From Tubulanus polymorphus (lineage: Eukaryota; Animalia; Nemertea): 64,000 nucleotides of DNA. The notes below the pieces were generated by a model, which was not told the DNA's origin, ran no database searches, and was given only the letters and a program-made list of their open reading frames with translations. The stretch covers positions 13,095,062 through 13,159,061 of the forward strand of contig NC_134034.1 of NCBI RefSeq assembly GCF_964204645.1, in the 5' to 3' direction. The position numbers and the translations under genes were made by a program. Of the stretch, positions 52,501 to 63,500 are shown piece by piece. Each line of letters opens with the position of its first letter. Positions within the stretch are counted from its first letter, which is position 1.

Positions 52501-55500
52501 CTCTGTATTTCTAAAATTGGGTTAATATTCTCTGATCAGAGTTTCCTTTTGTCGTGCCCTTTTAATCAAAAGATATGGCCTATTTTGGGGATGCGACCCT
52601 CCCTGAATCAGACCCTAGATGCGTCGCTGTAACTTTATTCGAGAAAAGACTTTTTCGTATAAACTGAACGGCCCCTCGTCGGCTACTGAAACTAACCGAG
52701 CAAGGCTGCCGCCAGACGTCCTCTTGAGCGAAGTTGAAATAGCAGACATTAGCTCAGAAACGGATCATTTGTTAGCCTGAATTGGGACGTTTCCAGATGT
52801 GCCGCAAAAACACCTCTCTCAGACCATCGCTCCTGTTTTTGTTAAACAGTTAGCCTAGCGGAGGGAGCCGCGATTTTAACGTGATCGGACACGTAGGCTA
52901 ACGACTTATAATATGACAAATCTATCGTACTAGCCGATAAACCATCTAAAAACTGCTCGCGTGTCCGATTGAAATACAACTCTTCCAGACAGTCGAATCC
53001 GACCGGCGATTTAGAGGGCTCGAACTTATTAGCGAAAAGTTCGGGACGGCGAGAAAGTGTTGGTAGATCCCCGGCTGTAAAAACGCAGATTCCGTTCCTC
53101 CAACTGTCACCGGCACACGGGTGCACCGGACCCATTCTCCAAATCTTGTACCTCGCTAGGAAAGGTAATTTCACCGGGTCGGTCTCGTGGATTTTACCTG
53201 TTGGAAAGAGAAATTTTGAATATCCATAATTATTCTTGATTTTTGAGTTAAAATCGCACGCATGAATGGCTGTTGTGTGAATTTCACTTCAGAAAAATGC
53301 TTCAAAAACAAAACAAAAATGGGATCCTAATATGCAAGCACCGCAGCGTCGACTAAGCGCTCTAACCGCCTGAGCTAACGAGGCCGACCTACAGCGGTTC
53401 TATAACCTACTGCATATCTCTTAAATGCATACCCTAACCCTAATCGTAAATCCTACCCTAATCTTTACTCTCTTGGCCATTCACCCTAATTTCTGCAGTT
53501 GAAAAAGCCACCATTTTGTGTATATGTGATCGAACACTACCCTGATTTCGGCGGTCCGGCCCTCAGTCGATTTGAAGCCTGAATCGATACTTGCCAGTGT
53601 AAGCTCCCGGTGCGCCTAGTTGCGGGTTATGATTCAACGTGGCGAAAAAATACTCGTCCGGTATCGTCGTGTTTGCGAACCAATTGTATAAGTACTTGGC
53701 GACAGGCGCATGCGTGGCGAACTCGACGAATCCTCTCGATAGTACCACGTGCACGGCGCCTCTCACCACCGTAACGCCATCTGGTAGTGGACGGTATTTC
53801 AACTGCGTAGCATAACGTTCCGGGAAGGAGCTGCAAGAAGATAAATTGCAAACTATAGAAAATTACAGAATGCATAAATCATGTTCACAATCCGCATCTC
53901 ATTCTTAAGGCGTTCGAACTTTGAATATGTTATGACGTAAAGGGAATTACAACCCATGAATAAGTATCTACCGTCTAATCGTGCCCTGCACGTCGTTGGC
54001 GCCGTTGTACGTTTTCAGAATGTTGACCAGTTCGTAATTCGTTTTCAGCGGAGCCTCGTGGCCGGTGAGATTGATAAAGTATTTCCACGATTTACTCATC
54101 ATAAGCAATTGTTTCATACAGCTTATTTCCGGCTGCAGTACGCTCAGTTCGCCCCATTCAACCTTGTAACGTTCCGGCGACAGAAACACGTTCGGGAAAC
54201 AGTCGGTGATACCCGTGACGTTTGCCATGAATTCGTCGGGCGATTTCGCGTCGACGTGCACGCAATAGTAATTCTGAGGTCGGTAGATCATTCTGAGCAG
54301 GCGTTCGAAACGTTCCAGGTCTTTATAGATGAGTATACTGAACGCGATCGGGAACTGATGTTCAGTTTCCGTCAACGGATGTAAAATGTACTTTCTACCG
54401 CGCCTGAAGGCGTCGCGATCACTGACCATGTTCAGATATTCATTTGCTCCGCGCTGCTGCGGAGTCTGGTCGGTGGTTTCCACTTCAGCTACCAACTTAC
54501 TGATGTTAGTGCCTTCTTCGAAAAGTGCTCCGCAGTTTTTGAACGCGATTTCTGCGCGGATTTCGGGTATTGTGACTAACTCGGTATGATCGTCGCGACA
54601 ACCCGTCGGGTTCGGCGGCGGCCATGTGTTTGTTATCAAGATGAGGAAACATGTCTCTAGCAACACGAACAAAACGACTAGTGCAGCGAACGATCCAAAC
54701 TTCATCGCCCTCTTACACCTTCAAAATAGAGAGTGAAATACATGTGTGAATACTAGATTTAAAATCATTCATAATGCATAAATGAATAATAGATAAATAG
54801 CTGTTTGTTTATTTCTGATACTATCCCGAGGAAACACTGACATTACAGCTGATTCGTCTTCACGTCCTCGCATTGCGATAGGGTCTACCGAGCAACGCTA
54901 CTGTGGCAAGCGGTATTCCGCCATAATCCGCCAGGTGTCGCTAGTGTACAATACGACGCCGACGCTGGATTTCTTTTCAAACTCAATTGAAATCTAACGA
55001 TATTCTATCCATCCACCGATCCACCCATCCACCCATCCATCCATCCACCGATCCATCCATCCATCCACCGATCCACCCATCCATCCATCCATCCATTCCA
55101 TCCATCCCATCCATCCATCCATCCATCCATCCACCCATCCACCCACCCAACCACCCACCCACCCACCAATCCATCCACCCATCCATCCACCCACCCATCC
55201 ACCCACCCATCCATCCACCCAACCACCCAACCACCCACCCAACCACCCAACCATCTATCCATCCATCCATCCACCCACCCATCCATCTATCCATCCATCC
55301 ATCCACCCACCCATCCATCCATCCATCCATCCAACCACCCACCCACCCACCCAACCACCCACCCAACCATCTATCCATCCATCCACCGAAAATAGAATAT
55401 ATTCAGGCCTATACAGTAGAATATATTCAGAAATAGTTCGGCCTTGTTTTAGGTTTATTGGGGCTGACAATAGAAGCGAGGTGAGAAACAAGGTATCAGT

Positions 55501-57420
55501 TTGTGTCTGAATGCCGCAAAACCGACCAATAATCTCCGATCATGGCCGCAGCCTTTATCAAAATCGTCGAAATTTCAGGAATAAATCTTCGATCCGATTT
55601 GGATCGGAACCGCCGGAAAATATCCGAACAAACTATCAAAGCAAATTAAGTCGTATTGGTAATTACTATTTCATAACAAAACAATGTATTTTACGAATCG
55701 AATTTGCGTTCTGGCGACGCACCATTGTAAACAAGAATTTAGATTTCGATTCTGAATTTTTATTCGTTTGCGACGCGGAGGAATTTTCATGTTCGGGGAA
55801 CCGGCTCGTCGCGTGATATGACGCGGTTATTCGGCCGCTTAAAAAATTGCGAACTTTGAGGAAATCCCGCTGAGTCCGTGCGTTGTATAAAACATTCAAA
55901 GGAAGGCCATCGAGTGGGCGCGGGGATCACCAAACCGCCAAGAACATTTCAATCTATGTGTCGTTCTTCTTTGTTTTATGTTATTTATTGTTTAAGGCAA
56001 TGAACTGGTATGACATGGCATCCGGGTATACGGCATTCAATACTTTATTACCGATGTATCGTGTGTTTTGAAAGACTTGAATGCGATCTTTTTTCCATCG
56101 AATTATTGAATTTGATAGTAACTTCTGCCGCTACGGAAGCCTGCTGGTGGCGTACGAGATCGATTTATTTTCTTTATGATTTCGATTGATTATGTAGAAA
56201 TTCGAGTCGATTCAATCGTTTATTCACGTCATTTATAAATCGAGATTCGACGTATTTTGTCCAGAATTCGAAATCCGACATCGAAATACCTCGAATTTCT
56301 ACTCAACTGACTCGAATTTCGACGACATAGAAATAGTCGATTTCCGACAAAATATTTCGTAACATATCCGATGTAACATTTTATCTCGCATGTCACCAAC
56401 GGGCCTCCGTATCCCACAGATTTCCAGACATAGTGTATCTCGCATGTCACCAACGGGCCTCCGTATCCCACAGATTTCCAGACATAGTGTATTTTTCGTA
56501 TATTCATTACCAAACTTTATAGTTTTATTTATTAGAATGATATCTCCCGACGATCGAATGAAAGTTCGATTTCTTCGATAGTAGACTTGTACTTTAGTGG
56601 ATCTACTTGTTGGTAGTGTGGGGCGCTATTCTACTATTTTTGGCGATGAAATTATGAAATATGATATCCGCAAAATTTCGACATCGCGTGTAAAGATCCG
56701 AGTCAGAGTTTTTCTCTTGAATAGCTCCGCCTAAAGATTTTCAAACATGGCCTTAAAAATAGCGATTCGCAAATTTGGAGGAGGGGTCCGGACGCCCTGA
56801 ACCCACTCTAAATCCGCCACTGCATTGGACATTCTATCATACATTTTGGTTCACAAAAGCGTTTATTCATTTTTATTCGCAAATGATCGTCTAGTTTTAA
56901 TTTGAAGTATTTGCTAGGATTGCGAACATTCAAACCGTCTATAAGATTACCACGTAGCCGATAAATCGATCTTTTTCCGTCATGTCTGTTATGAAGAACT
57001 GTCGGGTATAAGTTAACGCGTATCGAGTCTATGTAAAGTGATTTTGTTTTGGGGTTGTTTTTTTTTTCAGAATTATTGATTTGAAAAACTTCCCCCGTCA
57101 GTTTTGAATCGATAATCACTCTGTTCGTATTTAACTTTGCTCGGTGCTGCCACGATTCCGTATTGAAAATACTCAATACTAAATCACTAGCTTAATGAAT
57201 TACTTTTCTCGTTTATTTCCGCCTTAAGACGCCTGAAATTAAATATATTCTCCTTTCTCATTTTTAGAAAATATAATTTCTCCCTTCACCCTTTCAATTT
57301 TTCTACGAAAAAATCCGCGTTCCGATTAATAACGAATGGCGTTTGTTAAGTTGTTAGCGGCCTATTTATCCTTTTAAATACAATTAATTCGCGATCGGAT
57401 ACTGCGTGGTATTAGGGTTA

Positions 57421-57504
<84 letters not shown>

Positions 57505-60500
57505 ATTATAAAGGCTTTTACAAACAACGATTTATTTTTTGGTAAATTTTCTTTTCGAATAGAGAAAATATCAACCATTTGTGAATATTTAACAATATGC
57601 TCCCAAGCCTACGAAACATTAGTTTAAAGACGTATTTAGTTTAAAGAGTATTCGTTGGACTCGGTTGATAAAAAAATTACCGATATTTTCTCTATTCAAT
57701 CGAGCGAAGGAAGACTTTTTGGCAATCATTCAATGCGGTGTTTAGTCGATATGAAACGATGGTTCATTGGTTGTATCAACACCAATTCGAGGTATGTTTG
57801 AAAAAAAGAACTAAGCGAAATCTTTTTCCGAAAAGAAATCGATACAGACAAAAATGACATACACACCTGACGAAGGTGCGCGACTGTCGGCTGATGAAAT
57901 TTCTCATTCTTGTCGGGTCGATACTACATCAAAGTTGGATTCCACGAGCACGTGACCATCTATAATTCCATTCGAAATAACTCGTCGTATCGTAATGAAG
58001 TACGGATATCGATTTTTTCGAAACTGAACAGACAAATATCTTGGTTTTACAAAATGGCGTCTTTTAACAGGGTCTGAACTCGAGTAAAAGTAGATCCTTC
58101 AGCGGCCGGCGCGGAACCGATATCAAGTTCCAGATTTAAGAGATCGCGTTTAGACGCACCTGAATACGAAACAGAATCATACGAACATACGAACAGCGAG
58201 ACAGAATCTTTTCGTTTCTTTTGATAACTTGTTACTAGAGACGTTTCGAGATATCGAAACTAAGCACTCCAAGCAAATCGACACCCGTAGATAAAAATCT
58301 AGGTTGTTATTCAACCGGCGTGTAACAATCAACCCGCATAAAACTCGCTTTAGCGTCAATTTGATCGCCGTTTTTTCATTTCAACTCGCAAAAATAGCAT
58401 AACCCACATACAGTGAAATGGCCTGTACATTGAAATGAATTCAAACGCACGCAAAACTAATAACTGATGCGTCTGATGAGCTCAGTAATGAGATCGGTGG
58501 AACCAGGCGTCGGTCTTACGTTATGGTCGAAATGCAAAATATTTCAATTCTAGCGTCAAGAAGTTGCGATAAGTCAATATTCTGAGCTCCTTCAAATCCT
58601 AATGATATCATACGCGCCATAACACGCGTGTAGATGATTGATTTTTCTATTTTGTTAGAGTTCTACCCCGAGTTGGTGTCAAATACTGAGTAAGAGTTTG
58701 TGAAATACAGTAGACTCTGTCTCTTACTGTGGTTAAAGTTGAGACTGGTAAAATTCTACCCCGAGTTGGTGTCAAATACTGAGTAAGAGTTTGTGAAATA
58801 CAGTAGACTCTGTCTCTTACTGCGGTCAAGTTGAGACTGGTAAAATTCTACCCCGAGTTGGTGTCAAATACTGAGTAAGAGTTTGTGGAATACAGTAGAC
58901 TCTGTCTCTTACTGCGGTAAAGTTGAGACTGGTAAAATTCTACCCCGAGTTGGTGTCAAATACTGAGTAAGAGTTTGTGAAATACAGTAGACTCTGTCTC
59001 TTACTGCGGTAAAGTTGAGACTGGTAAAATTCTACCCCGAGTTGGTGTCAAATACTGAGTAAGAGTTTGTGAAATACAGTAGACTCTGTCTCTTACTGCG
59101 GTAAAGTTGAGACTGGTAAAATTCTATCCCGAGTTGGTGTCAAATACTGAGTAAGAGTTTGTGAAATACAGTAGACTCTGTCTCTTACTGCGGTAAAGTT
59201 GAGACCGGTAAAATTCTACCCCGAGTTGGGGTCAAATACTGAGTAAGAGTTTGTGAAATACAGTAGACTCTGTCTCTTACTGCGGTAAAGTTGAGACCGG
59301 TAAAATTCTACCCCGAGTTGGGGTCAAATACTGAGTAAGAGTTTGTGAAATACAGTAGACTCTGTCTCTTACTGCGGTAAAGTTGAGACCGGTAAAATTC
59401 TACCCCGAGTTGGGGTCAAATACTGAGTAAGAGTTTGTGAAATACAGTAGACTCTGTTCTTTACTGCGGTAAAGTTGAGACCGGTAAAATTCTACCCCGA
59501 GTTGGGGTCAAATACTGAGTAAGAGTTTGTGAAATACAGTAGACTCTGTCTCTTACTGCGGTAAAGTTGAGACTGGTAAAATTCTACCCCAAGTTGGTGT
59601 CTAATACTGAGAAAGAGTTTGTGAGATACAGTAGACTCTGTCTCTTACTGCGGTAAAGTTGAGACCGGTAAAATTCTACCCCGAGTTGGTGTCTAATACT
59701 GAGTAAGAGTTTGTGAAATACGGTAGACTGTCTCTTACCGCTGTTTAGTTTAGATGAATTTAGTTTAGTACAATTCAGCGAGCTGGTTTGAAAAACAACT
59801 GGCGGAACTCATTCAGTTCAGTCGGTAAACTTGGGTGGGGTCTCCTCAACTGCAGCTCTAGTATTAGCCCTCCTCGGTCAAAAGGTAATTTCAGCGACAT
59901 TTAATCAGGTCATTAATGGAACACAGCCGTTCACGTCGATCGGATACATCAACGTAATAGCCTCTCGAATAATCGGTAATAGATACACGCGTTCACCTCC
60001 ACCTGACCTTCACGTAACCCGACCGATCGATAATATATACGTTTAATTTACGCGGTGAAAATGTCACGGAAAATAGAAATGTCACGACATTTGTAACAAT
60101 CGATTTCTGATAGTTCAGTTGAAGCAACTCGTCCGCTATTGACAGCGGCATTCATTGAATAATTCATCAACGTAAATGGTTAAAGTTAAAGCTGCTATCG
60201 TAAGCCGCGATCACGCGAAATTGACCCGGACCAACCGTTCACGCGGGTGCTAAATGGGCCCGTGTGCCTGTTTAGCCGACCAAAAATCTAAAAACGTCTA
60301 CCCAATCCGAACCAAATTTAAGCACGGGTCAATTATTGCGTGTGAATTGCAACTGGTTCCAGAAGTGATTCACTTCGTTTTGTTTTAAAGGTTGTTTAGT
60401 ATCGAGTGAGTGGTTTACGTGTGGACGCGCTCTCTAATTAGGCACGGGTCAAAATTGGTTCTGTGTTATCTCCCTCTCCCGCTCCTCCTCCCCCCTCTCC

Positions 60501-63500
60501 CCTCCCTTTCTCCGCTCTCCCTCTCCCCATCTCACTCTCCCTCTCCCCCTCTCCCCTCCCTTTCTCCCCTCTCCCTCTCCCCTCTCCCTCTCCCCATCTC
60601 ACTCTCCCGCTCCTTCCCCCTCTCCCGCTTCTCCCCTCTCCCGCTCCTTTCCCCCTCTCCCGCTTCTCCCCTCTCCCGCTCCTTTCCCCCTCTCCCGCTT
60701 CTCCCCTCTCCCGCTCCTTTCCCCCTCTCCCGCTTCTCCCCTCTCCCGCTCCTTTCCCCCTCTCTCTACCGATAACATTATCGCGAATCAAACGGCACCT
60801 GATTAGCGCCACGAATCGACCTTGTACTTTTCACGACCTTCGCCGCAGACGTCTTGATGGGGACACGTCGATTGTTTTGCGGCCACCGGCTCGTAATCTC
60901 GTTTGACATTTTGTGCGGCGTTTCGGTGATTTCTATGTCTCTCCGTAATTCCGGCGGTCACGCTGATTGTCGACGAGCGCCGAGGACATTTATCTCTTCT
61001 GGCGGAAACATTTTATCTCTTGTCACATGTCGTCGTGATTATATCGCGGTTAAGCTTCGTGGGAGCGCGTGCGCACACGCCGAGTGAAGCGCCGAAAATA
61101 TACCGTCGTTGTCTATACTCGAATAAGATGCTATTCACATCCGGGCGGTGTGAAGGAATGCGCCTGTGGGATGCGAGGGTTTATTCGCGCTTAGCTTTTC
61201 TCAAATAAACGGAGACCCGGTTGGTTCCGCTAGGCGGCGCCAGTAGGACACGACGAATTTACACGCGTAATAGTTATCGCATGCGTTCACTAGATGGCGC
61301 TAGTGAAAAGTGAGTCTTCCACTTGTCCACTCTTTATGCGATTCAAACGTTGCCTAGCAAATCTGCTGCGGACATTTTGCGACACGATCAACTGAAAAAA
61401 CAGACCTTTTCGTAACTTCCTGTTTCGCATATTGACCGATAGAGGGCTCTATCTTTCAATTCTCGATGAAAGCACAATGTTTTTAAGGTCTAACTCTAAG
61501 ATTTACAATATTTACCATGTCGATATTTTCAGTTATCGAACGCTCGGCAAAGTGAGAGCCCGACGAAAATAAGCGGCCACCTGAAATGTAGCAACTTGCG
61601 CCAGCTGGCGGGAATCGTAGAAACTGCCGAACGAGCAGATGACGTCATCAGCGTAATGCAACCGTTTCGTAGCATCCTACCGCAAGGTATATACAAATAA
61701 ATGTTTGAGGGGATCTTAAGTAAAGAAATTCGGGGTTTTTTGCCGCCTAGAATACCTATTTACTCATTTTCACATTCTTTTGATTAGAATACTTGATTGA
61801 TTCCAGATTTAAGGGTTGAGTAATCCAGTTAGGGTTGAGTACTCCAGTTAGGGTTGAGTACTCCAGATAGAAGTCGTATCCAAGTTTGAGAAATCAGTTA
61901 ATCATCTTCACTCCCCAATCTCAATATCATCATTCGAACCTTATAAAACGTCATGAGATTCCCGACTCGTTTTTATTCAACTTTGTCGAGGCTTCAGTTT
62001 TGCGAAAACATGAACTCCATACGGACATGTACTTTTGAGTAAAAGGTCTTTTTTGTTTTTTTGTTGGAAATGAAATGATGAAATGCTCCGATTTCTGAAA
62101 TGAGGAAATGATGATATGTTCCGATTTTGCAGACGTTGATACCAGTGGCGCCGCCAAGTGTGATAAAAAGCCTCACGAGATCGATGTCGTCTGCGACGGT
62201 GGTAGAACGTGGATTCGAGTCGTCGCTCAAAAGGCGCAAATCATCCATTCGACCTGGTCCGGTTAGTATTTCAGAGAAAGCACCGAATAGTAAAAGCAGT
62301 TAAAGTAGGTCAACCGGCACTCACTAGGTGGCGTTACAATGCACTTACAGTGAAAATGAGTTCACTTTCGATGAACTGGATTTTTAGAATCTCAAATAGA
62401 AATGTTATGAAACAAGTCATGAAATAGATATAAGATTGACGTTCCATCCCTCACCTGACTGTCTTGGCCTCAGATTTCGTGTTCAATCGTAAACAACTAG
62501 TTTTTTATATCTCTATTAAATTTGAATTGTTTTTATTTATCTACAGGCGAATGCAGTTACGGTAAACGCAACATCGTCAGTCAATCGGAAGCGTTGGTCA
62601 CGTGCGCTCGTCACAACCCTGTCAACTACACCACGCCCACGGTCATGTTCAAATTCCTACAAGGCGTCACCGAGTCGGTGGCGGCGGCTCTGCGCGCTCG
62701 AGGCGTTCTGATCGACATGGTCAGCGCGATCGTAGCCGATCATTGTAGTTCTCCACGTGTTGACCTCGACCGGCGACTCGAATACAACCTCGACGCCGAC
62801 GATCCGCCAGACGTCGCGCAGTATCTACGAAGTCTTGGCTTTCGATCGCCGGATGGGGCAACGACCGCGATCGAGGTCGTCGACGATTGCGAATTGGTAG
62901 CACCGAACGACGGACGATCTTTCGGCGGTTCGAACGCGGGGTTTAATCGATTCGATAGTTCGGATTTCGGCGAAATGAATTCGCTTCCGAACCCCGACGC
63001 CGGCAGCGATATCGGGCCCGATAAACGTGGCCGGACTTACGAGTCGACCGGAGCTGGTGCGGATCTAGCGCAGACGGCGTACGGCTCGCCCACTGCGGCC
63101 GCGACTGTTGTTGTCGACAACATCGAATCGTCGTCGGACAATCGAAGACTCGTAACGAGGATCGAAAACAAGCCGTCACTAACAGCTGGCCAAACGGTAA
63201 TTGCCGACCGTAATTATCACCATGACGTCAACGACAGCTTATTAATTCAGTCAGAAGAGGAACAGTTGGCAATTAACGATTCTGATAATAGTACGCCGGT
63301 CGCAGATTTCGTAGATTCGAATCCGCTGTTGTTATTATCGAGGTCGCCGTTATCGGGTTATTCGGTACAGCCGGTAGAGGGCGTTGATGCAGTCGGCGGT
63401 GACGACTACGAAATTGCGAATGAAAAATCGATGCTTAGTTCTAGCGTCGACTTTACTTCGTTTAGTGACCGTCCCTTAGAAGGTGAAATCGCTACGGGAA

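Noticed and set aside
58470-58510. CTGATGAGCTCAGTAATGAG as a hammerhead half
   Set aside because: No GAAA follows stem II and no stem I/III partner is visible.
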